Numbered from the stretch's first letter, positions 17,751 to 27,208 are shown. The stretch is 60,827 nucleotides of DNA from Pedosphaera sp. (GCA_002686885.1 NYYT01000111.1:19133-79959), one strand, 5' to 3'. Program-made: numbers and translations. The notes: generated by a model not told the origin, from the letters alone.

Positions 17751-20700
17751 TTAAGGTTGGTCCGATAAGCCGTCGAGAAGGACCCTGCGTTGCGCTTCAT
17801 CGTCACCGACGACCATGACCCCTTTCATGATCAGCCAATGACCGGGAAAGGTGCAAAGATACGGATAAAGACCCGGTTGTTCCGGGGCTTGAAATCGGAG
17901 CACCTGGATTCGAGTCTCGCGGCCGGGACCAATCATTCGAGAATGCGCAAGGATGAGACCCTGCTGTTCCGAAGGGATGAAATCAGAATCAGCCAATGCC
18001 GGATCCTTGGCCATGGCGTTGGCCGCCATGCCAATGGCTTCCAGGGAACCCGGTTGACCCAGCACCCAGTTACGATCGGTGGCATCTGGATTGGTGAAAA
18101 TCAGTTTCACCGGCTGGTTGGGCTTGGCCTCGATGGTTTCGACCGTGAAACGCATCTGCTCGGGAATACAGGCCATCCGCACGGTGAGCCTGTCCTGTTG
18201 GCGGTCGAAGGCAGCATCCCTGGCACTCATACCGGGTTCCAGGAAAGCTTGAGCTGACTTGGCGGAGTCCAGAAGAGGCTGCACCATGGCATAGGCATCC
18301 TTACCTTGCCAGAGGGGTTGGATCGTCTGGGCGTTCAGGGCACTGACAAACGCGTATCTCAAATGGGTTTCCATCGGACGATCAGCCATACTCAACAGAA
18401 GCTCCAAGGCCTCCTGCCCCCCCATCCAAGATGCGGTAATGGCGGCCTCCAGCCGCACCAAATCATGGTCGTCCGACACCGCCGCCTTGAGCCAACCGAG
18501 GGCGTCCGGCATGGTGTCGTGCCAGTGCCGAAGCATGCGGGCTGACACTGCCCTGGCATGGTGGTCAGGATCTTGAAAGAGGGTTCTCAGCCAGTCCTCG
18601 TGCCGGCGATCCACGGACCGGGCCACCCAGACCGCCTCGGCAAGATGATGGCTCCATCTGGGATTCTGCTCATCGAGCCCCTCCACCCATCGCTCCAGGG
18701 ATCGATAGACCGTTTCCGAAGGATGCGCCCTCAATTCGCGCTTGGCCCAATATCGATAGCGATATTCTCTGCGTTTGAGAATCTCGAGCAGTGCATCCAC
18801 TGACTGCCCTGCAATGGCGGGCGGATCCTGCAAGGTCATTCCCTTGGGAAGGATTCGCCAAATCCTTCCTGACTTACGGTCCCGTCGGTCATCACGCAAA
18901 CTGTATTGGGCATGACCCTTGACAGGATTATACCAATCACAGACATACATCGCCCCCCGTGGTCCGTAGCGCAGGTCTGTCGGAATGAAACTCAGATTGC
19001 TGGAATGGAGGAGATTGCCTTGATAGACCTCCTCATAATGATCTCCCTTTTCGACCCACTGGTGGATTTCCACCCGATTGGTCGGTTTGTACCGGACTTT
19101 GACAAATCCACCCTGCATGTCCTCGGGCCATCCCTCAAAATCCACAAACTCATGACCACAAACCCCTGAATAGGCTGGAATGCCTGCGGCACGGGCATGC
19201 TGTTGAGGATAGGGTGGGTTGAGGGCATGAAAAGCGGAGGCGAAGACTGGATGGCTTGCAACGTGAAATCCCCAATCATCGAAGGTGACCCCCCATGGGT
19301 TGGTATTGGGATAGCTTCCAAAGGCTGTGAGACGGTGTTCGCTGGGGCGAAATAAAAACCAGGAACTGTTGTCCACCCGGACAGGTCCGTAGGGGGTTTC
19401 AACCTGGCTATGGTGGAAGATCGACTCGCGAAACATCAGGTCGCCGTCAGGCGTCCACACCATGTCATGCAGGGCGTGATGACTGTCTTCGCACCCAAAC
19501 CCAGCCAACAGCCGCACTCGTTGATCCGCCTTCCCATCATCGTCGGTATCTCCGATCCAGCTCAAGTAAGGTTCTTCTGAAACATACACGCCTCCATGGG
19601 CCAACTCAAAGGAAAGCGGGATGTGTAAATCGTCTGCAAACACCTCGCATTGGTCTGCCCGACCATCCTGGTCGGTATCCTCGAGAATCAACAGCTTGTC
19701 ATTGGCCTCCTGTCCCGGATAGACATGGGGATAGGTCGTCGAACAGCTCACCCAGAGTCGCCCGCGACTGTCCCATCTCATTTGGATCGGGCAGGCGAGT
19801 TCCGGAAACATCTCTTCGCTGGCAAATAGTTGGACCTCAAATCGTGGATCGATTTGGAAGGCGTCCAATTCATCTTGTGGGCTGAGCCAGTGGTTGATGC
19901 TTCGTTGCTGAGATGTGACGGGCATGACTGGCACATTGGCGTCATCGGGCTCGCTTGCGGTCTCCCCGCGCGCAAGCGTCCAGATCCAGGCATCACGATT
20001 GTCGACCATGACATCGAAATTCTGCATGGCTGGCAAAAAATCCAGGTAGCCATAGGACTTATTACGAGCCCCTGTGTAATAATAAGTATTCAGTGGCCGA
20101 TACCGTCGAAAAAACTGTTTGTTTTTTTCGATCACCGCATGGCGGAGTTCAGGGTTGGTTTCAGGAGGCTTCTCCCCAAAAAGGGCGAGATAGAGATCTT
20201 CGGAGAAACGCTGATAACCCCGCTGGTTGAGATGCACGCCATTGATGGTTCCCTGCCACGACGACTGGGCCAGCCAGGCGCGTGAAGGGGTCAACATGTC
20301 GGCAAAGCCCACCCCCAGCTTTTGGGCTACACGCTGCATGGCTGCGGAGTAGGCTACCAAGTGTTCGTGGTTTAGCTGATCGGCAGCAACCCCCTCGACA
20401 TCCTCACAGGCAATGGGGGAGACCAGAACCATCCGTGGGCCTGAATGACCATTGAAGGCCAGCCTCTGAAGTTGACTCACCCAGTCATGAAGAGCGCGCT
20501 CAAAGGCCTCGAGCCCCTGCTTCCCTGAGAAGGACTCATTGAAGCCAAAGGCCATCAGAATCAGATCGGCTTGAACTCGAAAAAGATGTTGTTCGAGATC
20601 CGCAAAATTGTCCGGTCGAGGTCGCAGACTGACCGTATCCGCTGACCAAGCCAGGTTTCTGAAGACGAGTTGGGCTTCCGGATATTTCGAATGGATCCAC

Positions 20701-20939
20701 GATTCAAAAAACCCATAGTGCCCCATACGCTCGAACAAAGTATTGCCAACCAGGGCCACTCGCATGGTATCACCCAGCGCAAGAGGGAGCTGGGTGCGTT
20801 GGATACGATCGGTTTCAGGAGCTCGAGGTGCTTCCTTAGCATAGAGACCGAAGTCAGCCCATTGGGTTGGATCCGGCGCCTGTCCCAGGGCTTGGAACCC
20901 CCCAAGGAAGAACAACACAAACAACCTGCTGCGTTTCAT
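17751..20939 (-). CDS. Giant secreted protein: SGNH-like + dehydrogenase-type propeller + HEAT repeats + C-terminal azurin-like cupredoxin domain
   Basis: ATG 20939 gives the signal peptide MKRSRLFVLFFLGGFQALGQA; the longer ORF to 21215 runs into the divergent SIS gene. Propeller motif RFEVQLFASEEMF...RWDSRGRLWV. The tail NWVLGQ...YPYLCTFPGHWLIMKGVMVV aligns by eye with azurin (NWVLS...FFCTFPGHSALMKGTL). Confidence 0.8.
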   Translation of the reverse strand: MKRSRLFVLFFLGGFQALGQAPDPTQWADFGLYAKEAPRAPETDRIQRTQLPLALGDTMRVALVGNTLFERMGHYGFFESWIHSKYPEAQLVFRNLAWSADTVSLRPRPDNFADLEQHLFRVQADLILMAFGFNESFSGKQGLEAFERALHDWVSQLQRLAFNGHSGPRMVLVSPIACEDVEGVAADQLNHEHLVAYSAAMQRVAQKLGVGFADMLTPSRAWLAQSSWQGTINGVHLNQRGYQRFSEDLYLALFGEKPPETNPELRHAVIEKNKQFFRRYRPLNTYYYTGARNKSYGYLDFLPAMQNFDVMVDNRDAWIWTLARGETASEPDDANVPVMPVTSQQRSINHWLSPQDELDAFQIDPRFEVQLFASEEMFPELACPIQMRWDSRGRLWVSCSTTYPHVYPGQEANDKLLILEDTDQDGRADQCEVFADDLHIPLSFELAHGGVYVSEEPYLSWIGDTDDDGKADQRVRLLAGFGCEDSHHALHDMVWTPDGDLMFRESIFHHSQVETPYGPVRVDNSSWFLFRPSEHRLTAFGSYPNTNPWGVTFDDWGFHVASHPVFASAFHALNPPYPQQHARAAGIPAYSGVCGHEFVDFEGWPEDMQGGFVKVRYKPTNRVEIHQWVEKGDHYEEVYQGNLLHSSNLSFIPTDLRYGPRGAMYVCDWYNPVKGHAQYSLRDDRRDRKSGRIWRILPKGMTLQDPPAIAGQSVDALLEILKRREYRYRYWAKRELRAHPSETVYRSLERWVEGLDEQNPRWSHHLAEAVWVARSVDRRHEDWLRTLFQDPDHHARAVSARMLRHWHDTMPDALGWLKAAVSDDHDLVRLEAAITASWMGGQEALELLLSMADRPMETHLRYAFVSALNAQTIQPLWQGKDAYAMVQPLLDSAKSAQAFLEPGMSARDAAFDRQQDRLTVRMACIPEQMRFTVETIEAKPNQPVKLIFTNPDATDRNWVLGQPGSLEAIGMAANAMAKDPALADSDFIPSEQQGLILAHSRMIGPGRETRIQVLRFQAPEQPGLYPYLCTFPGHWLIMKGVMVVGDDEAQRRVLLDGLSDQP

Positions 20940-21050
20940 CCATGTGATACCATCGCCCCTGAACATGAGATCATGATGCGCGCGCGAAAGTCGCCTGACA
21001 AGGCGCCATTTGAACGTGACTTTGCAAAAGGTTCGTGAAATGTTGAACCT

Positions 21051-21617
21051 ATGATTGACTGGATTGCGCGTTACGTGGATCAGCAAAAGGCTGCCTTGGA
21101 TTCCATCCCCGCCGAAAGCGTCGAGACCTGGGTGGCATGCGTCCGTGAAGCATGGGCTCAGGAAAAGCAGCTCTTTGTCTTTGGCAACGGCGGCAGTGCT
21201 GCCAATGCCTCCCATTTTGCCACCGATCTGGGCAAAGGCTCCTCGGACAAACTAGGCAAGCGTTTCAAGGTTCTTTCACTCAATGACAACCTTCCCTGGA
21301 TCACAGCCATTGGCAACGATTACGACTACGCTGATATTTACCGCCGCCAGTTGGAAAACTACGCTCAGCCAGGGGATCTGATGATGACCATGAGCGTCTC
21401 AGGCAATTCCCCCAACCTTCTGCAAGCAGCTCGATGGGCCAAGGAGCATCAGGTCAAGGTCCTGGCCATGGTCGGTTCCAAAAGAGGAGGCCTCGCGGAA
21501 TTGGCAGACCATTTGATTGTGATCGAATCGGAGCATTATGGACGAGTTGAAGACGCTCACATGGGTATCTGCCACATGATTTGCTACGCGTTCATGGAAA
21601 TCGAATCCCTGCAATAA
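21051..21617 (+). CDS. SIS-domain protein (GmhA/DiaA-like phosphoheptose isomerase family)
   Basis: 188-aa ORF. LFVFGNGGSAANASHFATDL and MSVSGNSPN are typical SIS_2/GmhA blocks. Confidence 0.75.
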   Translation: MIDWIARYVDQQKAALDSIPAESVETWVACVREAWAQEKQLFVFGNGGSAANASHFATDLGKGSSDKLGKRFKVLSLNDNLPWITAIGNDYDYADIYRRQLENYAQPGDLMMTMSVSGNSPNLLQAARWAKEHQVKVLAMVGSKRGGLAELADHLIVIESEHYGRVEDAHMGICHMICYAFMEIESLQ

Positions 21618-21646
21618 GGTCGGCTTCAGTCCCCTACACCTACTCC

Positions 21647-23167
21647 ATGCCCGTCAACGATCTCATCCGGCGCAAGCTTTCCCAATTACCGCACAAGCCG
21701 GGTGTGTATTTGATGAAAGACCGTTTCGGGACGGTGATCTACATCGGAAAGGCAACCAGCCTTCGCAAGCGAGTCAGCCAGTATTTCCACCCTTCCAGGC
21801 GCCAGCGCTGGGACATGAAATTCAATGCTTTGGTGGATGCTATTGAAGACTTTGACGTGCATCAGGTCCGGAGTGAACCGGATGCCCTTCTACTCGAAGG
21901 CAAGCTGATCAAGGAATTCAAACCGCGTTACAACATCAGCTTCAAGGACGACAAGCGCTTTCTCCTCCTCAAGGTCAACCTCAAGGATCCGATACCAAGA
22001 TTCACCCTTACGCGACTCCGGCAAGACGATGGTGCTCTTTACTACGGGCCCTTTGCCAGCTCAGGAGCCATTCGCCGGACCATGACCATGGTTCGACAGA
22101 AATTCAGCCTAAGGGGCTGTCGCCCCCTGAACCCGGGGCCGGCTGATTACAAGCATTGCCTTTACGGTCACCTTAAGCACTGCACCGCACCCTGCATTGA
22201 GAACGTCACGCGAGAAGCATATATTCAGCAAGTCCAAGCTGCCTGTGACTTTTTGGAGGGACAATCCGAGGAAATCCAACACGACATCCGTTCCATGATG
22301 GAGGAGGCAGCTGCCAGGGAAGATTTTGAAAAGGCGGCTACTCTGCGGGACACTCTCAAGGACCTGGAGCGTGCGACACAAAAAACAAGCAAATTCCAAA
22401 GGCTGCCCTATACCCTCCCCATTGCCATTGATCCTGACAAGGATGTCGCTGAGTTGCAAAAAGTGCTAAACCTGCCACAACTGCCGCGCCGCATTGAAGG
22501 ATACGACATTTCCAACATCAGCGGAACCTTCAAGGTCGCCTCCATGGTATGCTTTACCGAAGGTCGCCCCGATCGCCAGCAATACCGGCGGTTTCGCATG
22601 AAAACAGTCAAGGGACAGGATGACTTTGCCTGCATGGCAGAGACCATACGACGGCGCTACAGCCGTCTTCTGAAAGAGGTTCGGCAGAAGGCCTCCGTGG
22701 AAGGAGAAGGCCGGGCAACAGACCTCAAAAAGAACTTTCCGGATTTAATCCTTATCGATGGTGGAAAAGGACAGTTAAGCGCTGCATGCCGCGAACTTGC
22801 GGTTTTGAAGTTGAGCCATATTCCCATCATTGGCCTGGCCAAGGAATTTGAGGAAATCCATCTTCCAGATCAAGATAACCCCATACGATTGGGCACGAGG
22901 TCCGGGGCCCTCAAACTCCTTCAGAGGGTTCGGGATGAGTCCCACCGCTTTGCCAACACCTTCAATGCTCAGCTGCGTCTCAAGAAAATATCCGAGAGCT
23001 TGCTGGATGAATTCCCCGGTATGGGCTCTGTTCGCAAAGCAGCGCTTCTCAAGCACTTTGGATCAGTTCAAAGACTGAAGGTCGCTTCCCTCGAGGCCAT
23101 TGCTTCAGTGCCTGGATTCGGGCTTAAGACCGCTGAGAAGCTCAAGGTATTTCTCGCAGCCCGCTGA
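21647..23167 (+). CDS. uvrC: Excinuclease ABC subunit C
   Basis: From ATG 21647: GIY-YIG (PGVYLMKDRFGTVIYIGKATSLRKRVSQYF), UVR motif (EDFEKAATLRDTLKDLE), endonuclease region (IEGYDISNISG, DLILIDGGKGQL, VRDESHRFA) and C-terminal HhH (VPGFGLKTAEKL). Confidence 0.9.
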   Translation: MPVNDLIRRKLSQLPHKPGVYLMKDRFGTVIYIGKATSLRKRVSQYFHPSRRQRWDMKFNALVDAIEDFDVHQVRSEPDALLLEGKLIKEFKPRYNISFKDDKRFLLLKVNLKDPIPRFTLTRLRQDDGALYYGPFASSGAIRRTMTMVRQKFSLRGCRPLNPGPADYKHCLYGHLKHCTAPCIENVTREAYIQQVQAACDFLEGQSEEIQHDIRSMMEEAAAREDFEKAATLRDTLKDLERATQKTSKFQRLPYTLPIAIDPDKDVAELQKVLNLPQLPRRIEGYDISNISGTFKVASMVCFTEGRPDRQQYRRFRMKTVKGQDDFACMAETIRRRYSRLLKEVRQKASVEGEGRATDLKKNFPDLILIDGGKGQLSAACRELAVLKLSHIPIIGLAKEFEEIHLPDQDNPIRLGTRSGALKLLQRVRDESHRFANTFNAQLRLKKISESLLDEFPGMGSVRKAALLKHFGSVQRLKVASLEAIASVPGFGLKTAEKLKVFLAAR

Positions 23168-23239
23168 GTTCTTTGCGCCCTTTGAATTTTTTGGATCCTC
23201 TGGACTGCGAGAAACGCTCAGGGCCGGATCCATCTGGCA

Positions 23240-23935
23240 TCAGGGCTTGGCGCCCAACACCGGGGTCTCCCCAGCTGCCATCTTCATGGCACTTTCAGTA
23301 TCGTCTGGCAAGGGACGCACCTGGATATTCTTGTAGTGAACCACACTTCCAGGGTCGTGTTGCTGCAGAGCCAGGTGTCCCTCTTTCCACGTGTGCTTTT
23401 CATCCACAAAATCAACGACCACCTTATCGTTTACCTTGATGATCACTCGATTTCCAATGGCAATGATGTGCTGGGTCCACCAGGTGTCATCTTCGATCAG
23501 CTGTTCACCGATTTTGACGAAGTTATACAGGGAGCCGGTGCGTTGAGGATCCGAACTGGTGTTCTCTACCTGGGCCTCATATCCTTTGGGCCATCCCCCA
23601 CCCAACTGTGCCCTGAAATACATACCGCTGTTGCCTTTGTGATTCAATTTCACGGTCGCCCTGAACTCCATGTTGCGATAAGTGTTCGGGCTGAACAAAT
23701 GACTGCGCGCCCCCTTTCCGACCAGCAATCCTTCCTCATCAATACTCCAGGCGTGCGGATCGAACGTCATCCAGCCGCTGAGGCTCTTCCCATCCATCAG
23801 TGAAATCCATCCTTTGGCATCCGGAACAAGAGGCGTCGCCTTTCCAGCGATGGTTTGCGCCTCCGATGAAACGATGGATCCCGTGAGAGCCAGGATGAGA
23901 CAAAAGGGTCTAAAAAGGTTAAGGGACAGATTCAT
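23240..23935 (-). CDS. Secreted DUF1080 (3-keto-disaccharide hydrolase family) protein
   Basis: 231-aa ORF with a signal peptide. Contains GWISLMDGKSLSGW, YEAQVEN and GHLALQQHDPGSVVHYKNIQVRPL, the jelly-roll DUF1080 pattern. Confidence 0.8.
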   Translation of the reverse strand: MNLSLNLFRPFCLILALTGSIVSSEAQTIAGKATPLVPDAKGWISLMDGKSLSGWMTFDPHAWSIDEEGLLVGKGARSHLFSPNTYRNMEFRATVKLNHKGNSGMYFRAQLGGGWPKGYEAQVENTSSDPQRTGSLYNFVKIGEQLIEDDTWWTQHIIAIGNRVIIKVNDKVVVDFVDEKHTWKEGHLALQQHDPGSVVHYKNIQVRPLPDDTESAMKMAAGETPVLGAKP

Positions 23936-24006
23936 ATCGATGAAAAACTACTCGAAATCAAACGCATTGACAATAGGATTAGGGGGCGTCTCAAAGGGGG
24001 GAGGCA

Positions 24007-24873
24007 TTGCCATTCATGAAACGATTTCAAAGTCCTGGCAGCTTGCAAAGCTGGTGCTTGCAAAAAAGGTTGGAAAACAACCCCATCGCGCTGGTTCCGA
24101 CCATGGGTTTTCTCCATGCGGGCCATGTATCACTGATTCGCAAGGCAAGGAAGGCAGCCGGCCCCACGGGAATCGTCATCGTCACCCTTTATGTCAACCC
24201 GACTCAATTTGGCCAAGGTGAGGATTTCGATGCTTACCCTCGTGATCTCAAAAGAGATCTGGCCATCTGCCGATCAGAGGGAGTCAATGCCGTATTCACA
24301 CCTTCCCATGGATCCATGTATGCCTCACCCTACAGCACCTACGTCAATGAAACCCTTCTCTCGAGGCAATGGGAGGGTATCCAACGCCCATCGCATTTCA
24401 GGGGGGTCACGACGATCGTTTCCAAATTATTCCTGTTGACCCAACCCCATGTGGCCGTTTTTGGTGAAAAGGATTTCCAGCAGGCCATGATTATCCGACA
24501 GATGACTCGCGATCTCCACTTCCCGATCCGTATCCTCCTGGGGCCTACCCTTCGGGAAAAGGACGGCCTTGCCATGAGCTCGCGCAATGCCTACTTGACC
24601 GAAAACCAACGTGGCCAGGCCACGGTTCTTTACCAAATGATTCAACTGGCCAGGAAGGAGTTACGTTTCGATCCCCACCGGAAATGGACATCTTCCAGAC
24701 TCGGTTCAGTCACGCAAAAACTGCTTCAAGCAACGCCCTTGATTCGACTCGACTACATGGCTTTCGTGGACCCTCACACCCTTCAGCAAGCCAAAACCAT
24801 CCGGAAAGGCATCCGCATGCTGCTTGCCGCCTATGCAGGCAAGACACGCTTGATTGACAATGGATCCCTTTGA
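24007..24873 (+). CDS. panC: Pantoate--beta-alanine ligase
   Basis: LVPTMGFLHAGHVSLI (HxGH), YVNPTQFG and FGEKDFQQ motifs. Alternative ATG at 24016. Confidence 0.9.
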   Translation: MPFMKRFQSPGSLQSWCLQKRLENNPIALVPTMGFLHAGHVSLIRKARKAAGPTGIVIVTLYVNPTQFGQGEDFDAYPRDLKRDLAICRSEGVNAVFTPSHGSMYASPYSTYVNETLLSRQWEGIQRPSHFRGVTTIVSKLFLLTQPHVAVFGEKDFQQAMIIRQMTRDLHFPIRILLGPTLREKDGLAMSSRNAYLTENQRGQATVLYQMIQLARKELRFDPHRKWTSSRLGSVTQKLLQATPLIRLDYMAFVDPHTLQQAKTIRKGIRMLLAAYAGKTRLIDNGSL

Positions 24874-24890
24874 ACGCTTGAACCTTTGAA

Positions 24891-26522
24891 ATGAGCCAGA
24901 TTTCCGAAAAATACATCGAGGAACGATTTTTTGATTTTCTCATTCTGGGAAGTGGTATCGCCGGTTTGACCTGTGCCCTTCAACTCGCAAAAAGAGGTCG
25001 AGTCGCCATCGTCACCAAAAAGCAAAAAGCCGAGTCCAATACCAACTATGCCCAAGGTGGCATTGCTGCGGTCACCAGCCAGGAGGATAGCTTTGAAAAG
25101 CATGTTCAGGATACGTGCAAGGCTGGAGCGGGACTTTGCCGGGAGGAAGTGGTTCGAACCATTGTCTCGGAGGGGCCAGAGAGAATTGCCTCCCTGATCG
25201 CATTGGGGCTTTCCTTCAGTGAAAGGGAAATCCCAGACTCAGGCGGCGCCAGAGAGTGGGACCTCGGCAAAGAAGGCGGCCACTCCAAAAGACGCATTCT
25301 TCACTGCAAGGACATGACTGGCAAAGTGATTGAGCAGGCGCTTCTCACTGCCATTGCAGAGGATCCCAACATTGAAGTGCTGGAGGATCACTTTGCCATC
25401 GATTTGATCACCTCGGAAAAAGCATCCCTCCCGGGTGAATCCCACTGCCTGGGCGCCTATGTGCTCAATGTTCTGACGGGGAAAGTTGAAGCCATCGGGT
25501 CGTCTTTTGTCATCCTCGCCACTGGCGGTTGCGGTAAGGTTTACTTGTATACCACCAATCCGGACATCGCCACCGGCGACGGCGTCGCCATGGCGGCACG
25601 ATCGGGGGTTCCCATCGCGAACATGGAATTTATTCAATTCCACCCAACCTGTCTTTTCCACCCAAAGGCGAAAACTTTCCTCATCACGGAGGCCTTGCGG
25701 GGAGAAGGAGGCATCCTCAAAGACCTGGATGGCCTTCCATTCATGAAAGCCTATCATCCCATGGAGTCCTTGGCTCCGCGCGATATCGTGGCCCGCGCGA
25801 TTGACACGGAGATGAAAAAATCTGGAGCCGACCATGTTTTTCTGGATATCACCCACAAACCGGCCCCTTTCATTATCGATCGCTTTCCAAACATCTATCA
25901 AACCTGCCTGCGCTACGGAATCGACATCACCAAAGAGCCCATCCCTGTCGTTCCCGCGGCCCACTATCAATGTGGCGGAGTGGTCACCAACATAGATGGT
26001 CAAACCACCTTACCTGGCCTCTACGCCATTGGTGAAGTCGCCTGCACGGGACTGCATGGAGCCAATCGGCTGGCCAGCAATTCACTCTTGGAAGCTTTGG
26101 TTCTCTCCAACCGTTGCGCCCAAAGCATCCTGAAAAGCCCTGAGGGTTCCCTCACAAACCAGAGGTCCCTTCCCAAGTGGCAATCCGGCACAGCACAGGA
26201 ACCGGAAGAGCGTATCGTCATCAGCCATAACTGGGATGAAATCCGGCGCATGATGTGGGATTACGTCGGAATCGTCCGTTCCAATGAACGACTGCTGAGG
26301 GCTCAGAAGCGGATTCAAAACCTCCAAAGCGAAATCCACGAATGCTATTGGAATTTCACACTCACACCCGATCTCCTGGAGTTACGAAACCTTGCTCTGG
26401 TTGCGTCCCTTATCATCGACTCAGCGCTGAACCGGAAAGAAAGCAGAGGGCTTCATTTCAACATGGATTACCCAGACCCAGAAGAGACCTTTGCCCACAA
26501 GGATACCATCCTGACACTATGA
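24891..26522 (+). CDS. nadB: L-aspartate oxidase
   Basis: 543-aa ORF. FAD fold DFLILGSGIAGL, NTNYAQGGIAA, HPTCLF, ITEALRGEGG and GLHGANRLASNSLLE. Confidence 0.9.
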   Translation: MSQISEKYIEERFFDFLILGSGIAGLTCALQLAKRGRVAIVTKKQKAESNTNYAQGGIAAVTSQEDSFEKHVQDTCKAGAGLCREEVVRTIVSEGPERIASLIALGLSFSEREIPDSGGAREWDLGKEGGHSKRRILHCKDMTGKVIEQALLTAIAEDPNIEVLEDHFAIDLITSEKASLPGESHCLGAYVLNVLTGKVEAIGSSFVILATGGCGKVYLYTTNPDIATGDGVAMAARSGVPIANMEFIQFHPTCLFHPKAKTFLITEALRGEGGILKDLDGLPFMKAYHPMESLAPRDIVARAIDTEMKKSGADHVFLDITHKPAPFIIDRFPNIYQTCLRYGIDITKEPIPVVPAAHYQCGGVVTNIDGQTTLPGLYAIGEVACTGLHGANRLASNSLLEALVLSNRCAQSILKSPEGSLTNQRSLPKWQSGTAQEPEERIVISHNWDEIRRMMWDYVGIVRSNERLLRAQKRIQNLQSEIHECYWNFTLTPDLLELRNLALVASLIIDSALNRKESRGLHFNMDYPDPEETFAHKDTILTL

Positions 26523-26563
26523 ATGAAGTGTATCTTACGGTAGCGATCGGTCTTTGAGCTCTA

Positions 26564-27145
26564 CTAAAAACCAATCAAATTGCGATTGCACTCGGGAATA
26601 TGGGGGTACCGTTTGGCTTCGATTTGATAGTAGGCCTTCAGCAAATCCACCTCCAATCCAATGGCTTCCCTGATCTGTCCCAATGGCTGATCGAGAAAGG
26701 AGTCAAAATTCACTTCTGCCAGAGGCTGACAATCAGAGACATAAGCAAGCCGCACCGCATTCCGATAGACCTGCAGATCCTCGGAAGTAAACCGATACCC
26801 CTTCGGGTAAAAATATTGGGTCATCAGTGAAAAAAGTCTTTCCTCCGTGGTCGTAACCCGGTTCGTACTTCCCATGGTGAAACCGATAACAAAAGCTTCA
26901 TCCTTGATCATGACCCCACGCCCCAGAAGGATGTGGATGAAATCATGAGTTCGCAAATCGGTGGATCCGTGAAAGATGTCGATTCCCGGTAAATCAAACT
27001 TTGGATTTTCAACCATTTGAATGATCAGCGGGATATCTTCCTGCTTCAATCCAAAGGCAAGGAGTTCCGTGTAGGCCTCCCTGAGCGTACGTTTTTCCTC
27101 GCTCAGTGGAACAAACCATTCTTCAACAGAGTGTGCAGAATTCAT
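26564..27145 (-). CDS. Hypothetical protein with a Coq4-type HDxxH-x11-E motif
   Basis: ATG 27145 chosen; the extension to 27256 runs through the upstream terminator hairpin. The 193-aa product contains THDFIHILLGRGVMIKDEAF, i.e. H67-D68-x2-H71-x11-E83 (codons checked at 26945-26947 and 26897-26899). Confidence 0.55.
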   Translation of the reverse strand: MNSAHSVEEWFVPLSEEKRTLREAYTELLAFGLKQEDIPLIIQMVENPKFDLPGIDIFHGSTDLRTHDFIHILLGRGVMIKDEAFVIGFTMGSTNRVTTTEERLFSLMTQYFYPKGYRFTSEDLQVYRNAVRLAYVSDCQPLAEVNFDSFLDQPLGQIREAIGLEVDLLKAYYQIEAKRYPHIPECNRNLIGF

Positions 27146-27208
27146 GGCTTCATCGAAAAAAAAAAGCCACTCCAGCGCAAGCCAAGAGCGAATTTTATGC
27201 TGAGCATT

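Noticed and set aside
20940-21215. 5' extension of the third giant protein ORF (ORF-track start 21215)
   Set aside because: The extension overlaps the divergent SIS gene and encodes no signal peptide. The internal ATG 20939 yields a classic signal peptide (MKRSRLFVLFFLGG...).
21647-23167. uvrC looks short (507 aa), considered as a truncated pseudogene
   Set aside because: All expected modules (GIY-YIG, UVR, endonuclease region, C-terminal HhH) are present in order and in one frame. It appears to be a compact but intact UvrC.
25239-26003. 254-aa antisense ORF inside nadB (similar cases at 41363-42100 in the RND permease, 44823-45683 in the PSD1 gene and 5108-5761 in the carbamoyltransferase)
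   Set aside because: All lie fully inside genes with strong family motifs on the other strand and have no motifs of their own. They are typical antisense open frames.
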